From contig NW_026974140.1 in the NCBI RefSeq assembly GCF_037042905.1, forward strand, positions 9,672,001 to 9,736,000: 64,000 nucleotides of DNA. The letters are read 5' to 3'. Every line of letters begins with the position of its first letter. The stretch's first letter is position 1. Under the pieces are notes generated by a model. The model did not search any database. It saw only the letters and a list, made by a program, of their open reading frames with translations, and was not told where the DNA came from. Positions 24,991 to 39,541 of this stretch are shown one piece after another. Source of the stretch: Lytechinus pictus (lineage: Eukaryota). Both the position numbers and the translations under genes were made by a program.

Positions 24991-27900
24991 AAGTACTATA
25001 GATCTTTCGCCCCGATCCAGTTTGATCTGCAGTTCCTTGACTTTTATCTGTGAAAACTAATTGACGTACATCCTCCCTAGCATGCCTAGTGGCAGAATCT
25101 TTAGTCACGTGATACCTCCTGCGCGCGCATACGACGTGTTTGCCCGTGGATGTGTAAGAGAGTAGGATATTTTTCTTTCAAACGTTTTCAAGTTTCCTCT
25201 TCATTTGTTGGGTTTTATCGAGCTTTTAAGAATATATCGGGCTGAAAAAACAAAAACAATATTCTATTTCAATTATCAGTTTATTAGGTAAACGGGTGTT
25301 AATGTTATAATGGGATAATTCCAAATGAGCTTAATAGAAAATACATGTGGCCTAGCAGATATCAGATAACACAGAAATCTATTAACGCTTTCTAATGAAC
25401 CTAATCCAGAAATACAATTTGTGCAATCAGATGTTTGAAAGAGAGATAACAATTAGGTAAGGTTCGGGAGACTGAAACAATCACATTCATGGCCGAGACG
25501 GGTCATCACTTATCAGGAAACTTGTTAATCTTTTCCAACTTTAGTCATCATTGCGCTTTTTATTTTTGTATTCAATAATTAAACCTCTCGAGCGTAAAAT
25601 ACTAAAACGATGTGCTGGTCAGATCACGGACCTGCATGCATTATAGATATCTAGCAACTCTCTAGGGGTATAGATGGAACACACCTTGGATATACAACAG
25701 GTGCATGGTTGGATTATAACAATTACTACCAACTGACCTCTGGGTCGTGGTCTGACTCATCGTAAAATTGTGCCTTGGTCAAGTCCAGCCAAAAGAAAAC
25801 TTCAAGGAACTGCAGCGAAATTCGAGAACGTGAGACAATCTTTGGTTTTAAGTGGCTCAATTTTGCGCAGACGGGTCGTGCTGTGAAGGTTCGGCCGTCC
25901 TGGAAAAATAGAAGGTTGTCCCGACCATGCCGACGATGTAGAACAATGCAACTTGTGTTGGTCTGGCTTCATAAGATGAGCCACATGTGCATCTTGCGTG
26001 GTCTAACAGAAATGAAAATATACATTGATACCAAAAAGCGAACTTGCATGAGGTTAAGTTGACGTATTTGCTTATCAGACTGAAAACTTCTTTTCGATAA
26101 TTATTATTACTGGTAGTTTTCCTTGAAAATTATCATTTTTCCCGAAAATAGTAACGTAGGTAATCATGACTACCCATTGGAATTCTTATTAGAAGGAGCA
26201 ATGACCTATGTTATCCTTGTTATCAGTACGGTATTGCAATGAGGCCATCGTCAGCTTATCTAGTCATAATATCCTACACATTAAACAAATAAGGATATTA
26301 AGTGCATCAGATTCAATGACATTTTACAAGTTAACCAAGTAAATTATCATAAGAACGCAACTGAAGTGTGATTTGTCACATCATTTTAGGCCTACATTAA
26401 TTCGGTATTTTGAAATCGGTGAATATTTTATGCTTGTCCCATTATTTTGTAGGAATAGTAACAAGCAATCAGTACACGATTGCTTGATTACTCAGCCTTT
26501 TTTGTGCTCACTCCAGCGTCACTAACCTCATTAATCTTATACTAATATAACAGTTATACTTATGGATACATTGTATTTTTGTAGGCTGTATACACCCCCC
26601 CCCGAATTCTTAAGTCAAGGCTTATAAGTAGTGAACACATCAAAGGTTTGTTTTGAATTCACACCGATAAAATTGAATCTACCCAAGGTTGAGCTCACTA
26701 TTTAGAATTGACACTGTTGGCGGTTATATGTATAATCTTGAGATCGATTTTGTCACATTAGTTGTACATCAGTAAAGATGCCATTAAGATTGAGTATCAG
26801 ATACGATTCGAAGACGATATATACTTTAATCGTAAATTTATTTGGTGAAAAGTCTGGGAATATTACAAGGGTTAGAATCAAGCGATTACTCTCGAAGTTT
26901 GTTTACCTTCTTTCTCGAGGAAGACATTGTCAAAAGTATTATTTTGGTTCCTTTCTACATTATATTCTGAAATAATTACGAGGTCACACAAATTCAAATA
27001 AAGAGAACGATTATTTCTTTAAATCTGAACTTTATGAAATATCCAAACTTTAATCAATCGAACAAACGTTACAAGATTTTGATGTATATCTTTACGAAAA
27101 TCTCACAATTCGTATATATTCATGTATGTAGCAGTGTGGGTTGAACAAAAATCAAATATATGATTTGAAAAAAAAATATCTGCATAATTTGATACTAATA
27201 ATCCTTTCTTTTAGAATATTGCATGTTGTAAGTATTCAAGTATTGTTGAAATTTCATGACCCAGATCACAATTTTTTCCTGATTATAAGACAATATAAGT
27301 AGAGCAGACTAAATGATGGCGAAACTCTTGTAACCTAAGCAACGATATGTATTAGAAATGATTGTGAGAAAAAAAACATAGTTTCTATCTAAATATGAAT
27401 TAGCTAACTAAAATGATAGCCTCTCGCAGGGCTGAGAAGCTTTCGCTCTGATGTTTTTGGCATGATACCCCTACCCTTGTGGAATATTTTCATGTTTCGA
27501 AGTGTGTGAGTAATCCAGCAATACCGGATGCAGAGGCTTCCGCTCGAAAGGTAACAACCGTTCTTGAGGTACGTACAATGGCAGCAGCTAACATTGATAG
27601 ATGACAGGATGACAAAGGGATGGAGCTTGAAAAGATGGAGCAAGTGAAAAAGTTATTCTCAATAGAGAAAGAGATAGAGAGGAAGGGGATAGGGTGGGGT
27701 TGACAGACCTCATCGACCCATCCCCTAATGATTTTCCAAGAAGAAAATTCGCCTATTCAAACAGAGTAGCAGTTCGACAAGAACTTACGCGAAATGGAAA
27801 GAGTGTATGTTCACACGCGTGTGTACGTATGTGTGTGCGTGCAAATATTTTTTTTGATGGGGGGATGGGGATGGATGTTTCGGGAAACAAAGAATTAGAG

Positions 27901-30900
27901 ATGGAGAATGGGATGCTAAAAAAAATATGTCGATTCCATTAGTACTCTCCTGATGTCCAACCATTAGTTACTCATCTGATCACCTTAGCAGATCGGTTAA
28001 AGGAGGCCAGAGGGGAGGGGGGGGGGGGGAGAACTAAAGACACGTCTCCTTAAGATGTGAACAGATATGTTCCGCATGAAGGAGGCGTCAGTATTTTCCT
28101 CACGATTATTATTCGATATGAAAACTGTCTCATCCGTTAAACATGACAGACGTAAGTAAAGCAACAGACGGAAATCCAATTTCCTAACTCAGTCATAATT
28201 TGTCTCTTTCGGGGAAACTAGTTACCCATGTTTATGATTTTTCAAGATTTGAAGACTTCACAATCTAACCCCAGTTGGCAACGTGTGATTTTAAGGAAAT
28301 TGCAAATTTTAAATAGTGAACTTGGTCATAGCCGATTGATTGGATTCAACGTGTCACTGGCAAATAAGTATCCTCCTCATAAATATATGATTGTTTCATT
28401 TTAATATAAATCACCTTTGTTTTATTTTTTGGCAGCTATATGGACACGAAAGTCAACACCATCTTTATAGTGAAAATGTCACACGTCAATATACAATATA
28501 CATCGATCCCCTCCCCCATTGTAAACATTGTATTTTGCACCCATGTTTTATTCTTGACAACGACGCTGTTGAAACTTCACAATTTTTCTCAGAAGTTTCA
28601 AAATAAGATCGTTTAAAAAAATCACACGTTTATTGATGTGTTTATTTTCTTTCACTCCCTAGAATATCGATTTGGACGAGTAATTTTCGTCACCGCTTGC
28701 CATTCTGAGGTACAGTATGTTCTCATTGCCGAGTCGATTCTGTGATATTAAATCTGTTTTAATCAAAACGAAACATTATGTTACATTCATTAGATAATCC
28801 TTCCCTTGCGATGCTGCTCTAGCAATCTCAGCCGACCTTGAGTGTCGATTCTCCGTGCTCTATTTATCTGTTATTTAATGAACACTTTCCTTACTTTCAT
28901 TGGTTCTGGTTTCTACAACTTAAGTAACCCTAATTTGGGGTGTGACGCTACGTTTGGTTGGTTGTGTGAATAATGTTTGCGGTTTTCCCCTTTTTCGGTG
29001 GGCTGGAGACGTACTCATCGCGTGCATGTTCAAGGCCATTCCTTCGCTCGTGAAACACACCAACCACGCCAACATAACGGTCTTTTCATGTGCGACGATA
29101 AATGACAGAACCACGGTTTCCTTGTACTGCTCTATCTCGGGGACGATTTTTTAAAGGCGCGAATTCTTTACACTTTTACTCATGATCACGTTGATATATA
29201 AAAAGGATCATTGTACTTGAGGGCTGCATATTCATGTATTCTGATGCTATATTGATTTCCTGTTAGACATTCGGCCATTATAATATAAACATGTATATAT
29301 TGATATTATTGAAAGATAACAGGCTTCGAATGTGTAAAAAATGATTTGTATTAATAAAGGATTTTGTTTGATATATTTCAATATGTAGACCTACATGAAA
29401 GGTATGAAGGGATAGAAAGGTCAGCTGAATTTCATCTCCCAAAGTGTACTAATGATTACATAACTTATGCCGGATTTCTGACCATCATTTAGCCTAGACT
29501 ATGGTTGATTTGATTGCAAGTGAAATGGGCCACACAGACTAATAGGATGAACTAATATTAATCTTACATACATTTTGTTGTTTTAAGTTCTGTTGTAGGT
29601 CGATACTCTCAAACAAATTTACCCCAATTTATCATTGATGAAAAATGGGGATGGGAGGGGGGGGGGGTCAACTTTAAGAAATTACTTGTAGGGAGTACAT
29701 GTATTTGAGTCAGTCAGCAAAATCGCTTTCTACTTATCATTTATGATATTATGTTTACATGCCCTACTGGCATTGGCACCGTTGTAAATCTTCAACTGAA
29801 GGTCCTCAGTGACAAGTCTACGTTGTCGAGGTATCTGGACATTCAAAACCCTTTCCTAGATATTGACTGTTGAGCAAACATTTCATTTTCTCCATTTAAA
29901 GGTATGTGTGTGGTTGGAAAAGGAGTTGGAATAATTACTATATTTTACTTGTAGGGTCTATACTTATTGAAGATCATGACTACAGATATAAAACAGTAAT
30001 GATCACTGCAAGAATTCTTGGTGCCATATCTTACCTACAGAGCATAAAGTATAGACCCAAGACAGAACAATATTTATAAAGGTTCTTCATTGTTCTCTCC
30101 AATGTGATGTGTGGTGCGATCTTCCATTATTATTTTTTATTTATTGGTACTTAAAAGCCTGATATGGTATTTTTTTTTTATTTGGCCCAATAATTGATAC
30201 ATGCAATTAAATGAAGAAAACAATCTTTAACCGAGTCTTTGTAACTAAAGTACCTTACCTTTAACCCGTCAAATGAGTTTGGCTGTTAATAGTTTTGCGT
30301 TGCTTAGGTACGAACGGAGAATGCATCTTCTCTACACTGGAATGTCATTACTGTTTCCATCTGGCATCTCAATGACATGTCGCGAGACGAGTCAAGAACG
30401 TCATGCATGGGAAAACATACTTTGAAGATATTTTTTGTCCAAGATATGATATTTATGGTCGGAACCGTTTGAAAACAGGTGTGAGCCTACGTGCGTTTGC
30501 TTCGAAAAGGAGAACATGACATACTGTAACAATATGAGGGGTATCTTTTCTCAGGATTAAGAAATTAAAATATTTTTGTCTTTGTACTTTTATCATGATG
30601 TTCTGAAATTGAACTCGTAATTTTCAGTTAATACAGAGAGAGAGATAGAAAGAAAGCGTTTAATGCCGAACACTGCCTTGTATAAAGAGCATTGGATATT
30701 AATACTTATCGGTTTAATAGTCATTTTCAGTGAACACGCAAAGAAGCAACCACACGTTTTTACAGCCGCACGGGGTTTGAAGATAATAGTGCTTTCACAC
30801 GAACCAACTTATCGTATTTATTCGTCTAGTTTTACCGATTTTTACCGAAATTCTTTATTCGCCGACTCACTGTACTATCATGTTCGTACACCTGTACACC

Positions 30901-31619
30901 AAGCCGAGTGAAAGCGCAACATCGAAAAAAGGGGCAAAAAATCGTCAAGAACTACTTACTTTACATATTCCCAATAGTTCGCGCATTTTACAATCTATGT
31001 TATTAAACCACAGGTGATTATAGAAGTAATCTAAAATACACTGTTTTCTAGGATTTAAAAGAGAAGAAAATACGACCAATGTCCCTTCACTGTCTAAAGA
31101 AGGGTCTTAGGAAGGATCGTCTTCTCATATTCTATGTGGCAGCAGTTTAATTTACTCTAACAATTTTTTTTATATCATGCAGTACAAACCGGTGTATTTA
31201 TCACATGTAGTTTTAATTTTTTTTGTTAAGCCAAAAAAAAAAGGTACACTTGCATATACTTAGAGCGCATGGTAAATCCATGGAGCTACCAAGATCCATG
31301 GATAATCAGAAAGCGTAATGGAAGATCAGTTTACCCTCACAAAGTTGGCTTAATATTGTCTGTGATGTTTGTGAATATCCTGTTAACTATCGGCTTTGGG
31401 GTGTCTTGACCACGAATCCGTTAAAATAAAAACGGAAATTTGGTCTTCCTTCTTTTGCATCACAGACCTGTCCTGTAATGTCTGACCCTATGTGTTTGTT
31501 TTTACAATTGCTTGTTACCATGAGCCGATAAATGGGCGAACGGCAATGCCAGACACATTTTGTACTTGGGTGTGAAGGTTAGGCCATGGTTCGGCTTAGG
31601 CCTGTATAGGAAGTTAGGT

Positions 31620-32130
31620 CATATTATGCACACAGAATTAGAACCATTTGAAGATGAATGTGGCCTAGGTCACCAGATAGAGATGTCAGTGTTCGTGATG
31701 AACTCTTGTCTTGGTCGTGATAAACCCTTCGGTGACTACGAATACCCATATACTCTGGCTGGTCTGTCACCAGTCTTGTCAACATATCGAAATATGGCAC
31801 AAGTTTCATCTGCATTAGAACCTTTTGAGAATGAATGTAGCCGAGGGTATCAGAAAGAAATGTTAGTGTTCGTGATGAACTCGTGTCTTGATCGTGATAA
31901 GCCCTTTGATAACTGCGAACATCCGTGTACTCGTAGTCCGTCATCAACCTTGTCAACATATCGAAATATGGCACATGTTGCATCCGTATTAGAACCTTTA
32001 GAAAATGAATGTAACAGAGGTGCATCAGAAGTGTCAATGTTCGTAATGAGCTCGTATCTTGGTCGCGATAAATCCTTTGGTGACCTCGAACATCGATTTA
32101 CTCGTGATCTGTCATCAATCTTTTTATCAT
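31620..32130. repeat. Diverged tandem repeat, ~2.8 units of 174-177 bp
   Basis: Unit starts (TTAGAACC) at 31638, 31815 and 31989; units 1 and 2 are about 80% identical by manual alignment. Confidence 0.9.
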
Positions 32131-33199
32131 AATGGCACCTGTTGCGCAAGACTCACCGTCGTGTAAGTTGAAACAAAGGACATTACAGGGGACTTGGTCA
32201 CTTGTAATTTGAAATAAGTCATGGGGCACCCCAATGTGTCCAGTGACAAATATTGAGAAGGAAGCTGTCAACATTGTCTGGCAGGATTTTTGTTCTGCCA
32301 ACAAACAGAATAGAACGGAAATGAAGGACTTCCTATTGTTGTTTGAATCACTACGAAAGGTCATATTGAGGTTCAGGCTTGAAAAGGGGGGAGTTTCTTG
32401 ATCAATTTTTATCTATTGAAATTTTATCTTAAAAAAAATCACTGTTGTTATAATCATCGCTATTATGACTTGTATACCAACGGCAACTGACATTAATCTG
32501 GGTGGACCAGTAAAGCTGGATCCTCAAAACAATTCTATGTAGCCCAAAGTACCTTCGATGGCGTCGCCGAGCTTGATAAGCAGGATCAACTCGATCCATG
32601 GTCCAGTCAGGGAACGTTAGTCACCTGTACAGATATTAATTACAAGCTTCTTAGGTTTTACCTCTATGTTCATCCCAATCACGCCATTGGTATTGATATT
32701 AATTCCCCAAAGAACCTTCCGCACAGATAATTGAACCGCTGACTTATCCTGGGTAAAGTAATGTACTGTCAAGACCGGATGCAGATCCTACTCATGTGTC
32801 GACATCTACACCATCTGACTAACGATTCAAGGCTAAGATATATCGGTTTACCATTTATACCATTATTAATTTTCGACATTACCTTTCAATGATCAATAAA
32901 AAGACGATGCACAATGACCCTAGTTTTTGAATTATTTTACATTGACTATAGTGATTTGATGCCATAGCAAATGTATCAAATTTGGATGTACATTAACTAA
33001 GTTGAAATTCAACCTTTGGGGAACCTTGGGGAAATTTGTCATAAAAGTCAAGGTTCAGTTGTTTTGTTGTGTATAAAGATCCACCTGAATGTGCAATTAG
33101 TTCTGGAAACGAATATTTGACAAGACTCCAAGGACCGGATCCATGGGCTTGATGGGGGAAGTTTAGGGTTATTTGGTATTAGACAGACAGTGTGCTCTG

Positions 33200-33270
33200 A
33201 TTTATTTTTATTTTGTTTATTTATTGATTTATTCATATTTCACCAGGGTAGGACATTCAACAAAAGTTAA
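33200..33270 (-). mobile_element. Possible L2-type retroposon 3' tail
   Basis: Minus strand ..CCTACCCTGGTGAAATATGAATAAATCAATAAATAAACAAAATAAA. Confidence 0.3.
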
Positions 33271-34620
33271 TATTACATGAGATCATGGATGACAAGCAAT
33301 ATAACTATGTACATGATATATACAACAATGGGGATGATATCATAATAAAGACACTGTAGTTGTCTCTGAAAACTACACACACACACAAAAAAAGATATGG
33401 GTGATAAACTTCCTCGGACAAAGTTCTTTTGACGTTTGGTCTTGATATATTATGCATAGTCTGAAATTGTGTGAAATTTGAAGATGGGCTATTAAACGAT
33501 TGCTCGAAAACTGAGATAAATGTTTTATTTATGTATTTATTGTTATTTGTTTTTAAACAAAAGATCTGTTAGGAAACGTGACAACATTTTAACTAAAGTA
33601 GAGTCCCTTATATTAACGTGACACGTGCCATGATTTATGTAATTTGTATACCACCCAACTTGTATAGACTCCTGAGCTTGTCTTTTATGTTCCATTGGGC
33701 CCTGCAGGAAAGACAATATTCCCGTGGAAGACAATGTAACAAATGTCATTGTATTTTTTATTGGATATCTGTTTTCAGTCATTTTGAAGCACAAAACATC
33801 AAATTCCCCTGCAACCAACTCATTAATTTTAATCATCATATCCGGATATGTCTGAAGCACCTGATCAACTCCCAACACATGTGCGCATCGTATAAATGTG
33901 GAAAACAAAGTGATCTTGACATCTTTGAGGTTATTCGGTCTAAAACATTGTAAAATAAGAATTTGTGGTTACTTAACATTTATTAATCCTACCTTTGGGT
34001 GTCCTATCACATCAAGGCTATTCTTAAATCTACAGCTGCCCGTCTTGGTATCTCTCTGTTGATTTTTTTCCTGCTGACTTTCTAAAAATTTTCAGTTTAC
34101 TTTTCGCCCGTAAGTTACGGATCTTGCCCTATCCTAATTTGGGCAGTCTGGTCTGTTGCGTATTTCTGAAATATTCTTGTTGTCGTCTAGCGACGCGTCG
34201 CCAGGTATTGGGCTGTCTGGAAACTCGCCTTGGTCAGTGACATTCTAGGCTTGAAGGTTGGACGGGCAGATGTTGATGGATTTCACCGCTCTGTAATTAG
34301 ATATAACTTCTTTTTTCGAACTACACGTTTGTAGTATTACCCAATATAAATTCATAATAAAAAATACGTTTAATTCGCTATATCACGGATCACAGAATAT
34401 TCTCAAGGTGCCGCAACGAAGTACCGAATTATGAACTCTTATTTAACCCAGCCTATATCATTTGATTTAATATAATTTCATTATCATTATAATTTTAAAC
34501 ACTTTAATGTGCTTCGGCCAATGACTGTGTTTAAGCAGGCCCGTCTGTCCTATAGTGCTGTACACCATCAATGAGTACATAAAACCTGTTATTACTCCAT
34601 CGTTCACCTCCCCCTTAATT

Positions 34621-35056
34621 TATAATAATAATAATATGCAACGTTTATATAGCACTTAATACAAATGTTTCTAAGCGCTGCATACCATTACCCCGGCTTT
34701 AGCACGGCTACACTGATCGGGCGCATCGAGCATTCAAGGAATTCCTTCCTATCGGGTACCCATTTACTACACCTGGGGAGTGTTTCATCAACATTTTCAT
34801 CCGACAAGTTGTCAGATCTGACATCTTTCTCTGATGTTGATTGGCTGAGAGGTACTGTTACTATGGTAACTGTCGGATAAAATGGGACTTGTCGGATAAA
34901 ACGTCTGACAAGTCCTTTCATGAAACGCCCCCCTGGGTCGAGAGTGGCAAATGTAGATAAACGCCTTGCCAAAAGACGCTAGTGCTGTGTTGGGATTTGA
35001 ACCCCGGACCTTGTGGTTCACAGTCCGGAGACTTATCCACAGAGACACAACACCTC
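34621..35056 (-). mobile_element. Full-length tRNA-derived SINE with a Deu/Nin-domain-like core, split by a MITE
   Basis: Minus strand head GAGGTGTTGTGTCTCTGTGGATAAG (A-box-like) ..GGTTCAAATCCC (B-box); core TTTGGCAAGGCGTTTATCTACATTTGCCACTCTCGACCCAG|GTGTAGTAAATGGGTACC; 3' part AAGCGCTTAGAAACA..GTGCTATATAAA..; (TTA)n tail at ~34621-34636. Confidence 0.85.
34776..34932. mobile_element. 157-bp PIF/Harbinger-like MITE nested in the SINE
   Basis: TIRs GGGAGTGTTTCAT / ATGAAACGCCCCC; exact CTG duplication at 34773-34775 and 34933-34935. Removing it restores ACACCTGGGTCGAG. Confidence 0.9.
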
Positions 35057-36824
35057 TACAATTTATATAGTAAAACGTGTCTGATGTGAAGCACCGACAC
35101 GTCGCGCCGTCTCTACTGCAGACATATGTCATTAACCCTTCGATCCCCACTCCAACCCTTGATGAATAGACTGTTAAAATTTCGATATTCGTATCTCCGT
35201 GACTTCGTGTTTCATTTCTTCCAGTCATTTCTAATAATCTTTCGTTACTGAGGCCATACGTAAACCAATGATGTTGTGTAAGTTACCAATACCAATGGTA
35301 CTGCCTGAGCCGGTAAATATAGGGGATTTCCATTACTCCAATGCCAATCCCAAATAAACACGTGAATATATCCTTGATCACCAAATGATTTTCAATTCTT
35401 CTTTATTTCATTTTAATAGGGACATCACATATGCTGTTGCAAACACACTCACAAATGTGCGCCCACCCACTCCACCCAATCACGCACGTACGCACACACA
35501 AACGATCTGTAAGTTTTCAGCATAGATCGAGATTTTATGAAACGTCAGAATGTTTTATGATTATGAAATGTGATGTGGGTCGATTTGATCAGGGCATCTG
35601 CATGTTGTTAGGTTCGAGTTGGAGTGTGTCTTGGTCTTTTCATAGGACATTAGTTACCTGTCTTCCTTTTCTTGGCCCTTCCTCATCTTTTGTCGTTCTC
35701 TTCATCCATCCATGATAGTTCGTAATCCGACTGAGATGAAGGGATATCCAAACTCTTCTGTTTTTACAACTGTACCAACGATGCCATTTTTTTTCACTCT
35801 ACTCTGTCGAAGCCGCCATATTATCTTGACAAATATTAAACGTGTAAAAATGAAAATATAAAGATTACGATAAACATTAGTCGACTAAGTGACAGATGAG
35901 GGCCTTTTAATGACTAGATGGCCATGACCTCTTTCACGTTGGAGGGTCAAAAAGTGTTTGAAAGCACCATCCACTCTCCTGAAGTCCTCATCATGAACGA
36001 TTGTCTTGACTGTACCTGACATAAAGTGTATGAAATAATTCGGTTACCGTTCATTTAGGACTTCGTGAACATTTCCAATGTCATATCTGGTTTTCGAGTA
36101 TGTATCCATTTTGTGAGGTTAAGCGGGATGTAAGGAGGGCACAGCATTAGAGGAAGCATTTATGAATCATTGTCATCAAATCTGGCAGGGTTTTTTGGGG
36201 TAAGAAAACATGGACCTTGCTGCTATTCTATCTTCAAAATCTCCCTGTCATAAGCATAACCACTTTCCTTTCTCCGTGCATGATTTCCATGTTGGTCCTT
36301 TTTTTCGGGGGCGTGGAAGAGTGATGTGGCACTTTGGATTACCAAGGATGTTCATTCGAGATAGTTCTTCCAAATCACAACCTTAGAAAAAAAGATCATG
36401 TCCAGTATCCAGCACTTTACTTAGATTTTCCCGCCATCTTGATTTAAGAAAGTAAAGAACATGCCTTTTGAAAGGAAATTTATAACAGCATGGTTACCCG
36501 CTCATATAGAGGGCCCATGAACTATTGTCATGACTGCAAAGTAGGTTTATTCCATTATTCCTTTTAAAAAAGGAACTACTAAAGGAACTAATACTGGACG
36601 ATTTGTTGTCGAAATAGTGAAGCAAATTTATATCTTTCTTGGTCGACGGGCTTCATTCATGGCATGCATGATCAATAGGGGGAAACTACTCGTAATGGAT
36701 TCGCCATTGAGAAGAGAATGTCGCTTCTGGCGTCACTTCATGTAACGCCGTCACTGTGGGTTTAATTCAAATTCATTAGAGTGTACGTTAAGTCAATTCC
36801 TTCTTAACATCATTCTATACATCT

Positions 36825-36984
36825 GGGCCCCGTTACACAAACGTTAGCAATTAATCGTTAAATGAAATAGCCTATCAAGATTATCATTGAATGCGCATTT
36901 TTGCTTTGTACACTGACTAGGAACCAATCAGAAATGCTCTTTCAAAATAGCGATTACAATCGCTAACCTTTGTGTTACGGGAGC
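36825..36984. mobile_element. Harbinger-like MITE
   Basis: TIRs GGGCCCCGTTACACAAACGTTAGCAATT ... AATCGCTAACCTTTGTGTTACGGGAGC. Confidence 0.75.
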
Positions 36985-39337
36985 TAGGTTGGCCTATACA
37001 TTTATTAGGTAGTTTTTGCTTTTACTACGGGGAAACTCTACAATGTAACGATTCCTATGAAAAATGCAATTAAAATCACAATGGACAGCTTGGAGGCTTT
37101 TGTCGAAATTTAGTGGACTGGGACAGTCCTGAGATCATCCGACGATTTGCACCGGACGAACGATTGCAAATATTGCGTTGTCTAGAGTCAAGAGATTAAT
37201 TCGATGCTGTCCTGGTCCACCAACTTTCGACACAAGCCTCTCAGCCCTCCATTGTGATTTGACTTGCATTTTCGAAGGAACTGGTGCGTTGTAGAGAGTT
37301 TCCCGGTAATAAATGCGAAAAGTCCAGGCTTTCGTCTGGCACTCAGGTTGATTTTGATCACTAGCACTTTTTGTCAGCGAATGACGAAAAGTTGGCTGTG
37401 TTTGGTTACGCGCATTTCGTAAAAGACATTCGTCAAACAAAAACAGAACGTTAAAACTGTCTACAGTAAACTCTTGACTGTTAAAGGAAATAACGCTGAG
37501 TAAATAAAAAAAAGGTTCAAACTCCTTACAAGAACGCTCGTTCATGTGTCATTCAGGGGGTCCTTTGCGGGGTCCTTTGCCCTTTCTTTCAGCCATATCA
37601 CCTCAGTTCGTGATCATTCATGTGAAATGAAGGACATTGTTTTTTCCGTAAACGTGATAAATCCTTCGTTTCAGCATTCCAAAGGTATGATAGTGATTCT
37701 CCCCGGTAGTAATGAAATAATCCCTCATTTCTGTCGAAATAGCGATAATAAATTCTCTTTTCGGTATAACGGAATTGCTTTCAACGTCACATTTTCTTAC
37801 GTTATTTTAGTGATGTCGCTTATCTGGCAAGTGGGAAACATAACATTGTTTTAATGTATTTATATTTTGTACCCACTTTTTCTTACCTTACAAGGGGTGG
37901 TGATTATGTCAATTATAACATTTTAAATAGCGCCAACATTTAAGGATGATAAACATCCCGCTAAATATGAATAAGCAACATGTTACACTCAGCAGCCCAA
38001 TTACAGGACGTTTACGAACATATTCATGAGAAATATTACACACAAAAGTAGAAGAAAAAAAAATCACATATTTACTAGGGAATAGTATATACCTAGGAGA
38101 ATTGACGATGTCTGGCGTTGTCACCCACGCGCGTCCTAGCAGACAATCGCCCGCTAAGTGTGCGAAGCTAACGAGACAGTGCAAGATAACTACCTGACAT
38201 CATGGTATGTCTCGCTTGTCACTCACCCAATGTTAGACATTGGAATACTGTCTCATCCTCCATTGTTGTCTGAGGGGTGTACTAAAGGTACCTGGACAGA
38301 CTAAGTGGCTCCCAGCATGTTCCTTTCCGCCTTTTAGGCCGTCTTGAAATTTGAACTTGGGAGGAATGCTCTCGTTTTGAAATAAAGTTGTTTTCGAAAT
38401 GTCAGTAAGGAATAATTATTTTCCTTTGCCATTCTTGTCTGCGTTCCATATCGAAGACAATGGTTGTGCAGCTCGAGTAAGGGGTGGATTGGGGGTAGGA
38501 TATGACTTTGTTAATGACAATTTCACCTTTACAGAATGAATTACTACATCTACTGGTATGCCCCAGTCTAATTTCATATTCCTGTTTTTTTTTTTACATC
38601 TTCTGACATAATTATGCATTCTCATCAGGTTAATGATATCTAAGTCCTTTGCAAGCACATATAAACTTTACATCAAAATGTGATATGCACTTTACAAGAA
38701 TTTTTTTAGTATTAACTGTATAACTTCATTAATTATTATCTTGTAATATTGTAAAATGATTTCCTTGACTATTATATCGATAGTTATTTCTCAATTTGTA
38801 CTTACCCTTGGCACATTTTCAGGTTCAAATTGACCATCTCCTTAATGTCACATTTACATTCATTTTTTTCTTCTATTTGATCAATAATTGTTTGTTCATG
38901 CTTGCTTTTAAAGACAGCTAACCTTACTGTTCACTTTAACGCTAAAAAACCAATTAAAATCTTCATTATCAAGGGATAACGATCTTTATAGATGCCTGAC
39001 ATTTTCTCCCAGACATCTCCCTCCGGTAAAATTCCATACGGGATTGGTATACCCTGCAATGCCTACGTCAAAGCATTACCCAAGCAATCTAACCATGTTA
39101 ATTAAGATTTTATGTTGTACAGATATAAACAGATATTTCGAAGGACATTTTGATGATTTGTTAGTTTTATTTGGCTATATACGTGCATGATATTATGTAT
39201 TTTGAAGCTATTTACCGTCGTATGCCTGCTTCAATAAAAACTATCAAACCCAAACATTTTCGCGGAAATAAAAAATAGAGAACTAGGATCCATTCCCTTT
39301 TGCATGTTTTGATTTACAATTTCCTTGTGAATATCTA

Positions 39338-39541
39338 CACTCTTAAAATAGTTGGGTTAAAATTCCCAACTTTTAACCAACCCTGGGCAACATACTGTCC
39401 ACACAACTATTGGTTAAAATCTCCTCAACTAATAATTGGGTACTTTGCTCAATTGGATAACAATTGCCAAGAATATATATAATATACCAACATACATTAC
39501 CCAACACAGTGGACATTATGTTGCCCAACATTTTAAGTGTG
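39338..39541. mobile_element. MITE with CAC..TTAAAA termini and TA flanks
   Basis: TA-CACTCTTAAAAT ... ATTTTAAGTGTG-TA; internal inverted TGGGCAACATA..GTCCAC / GTGGAC..TATGTTGCCCA. Confidence 0.75.

Noticed and set aside
28545-28610. Penelope-type minimal hammerhead ribozyme (CTTGACAA..GAAAC)
   Set aside because: Stem II is weak and stem I cannot form next to the cleavage triplet; only a simple hairpin is supported.
37135-37854. Divergent 136-aa and 102-aa ORFs
   Set aside because: No recognisable domains or exon signals; lengths are compatible with chance in 64 kb.
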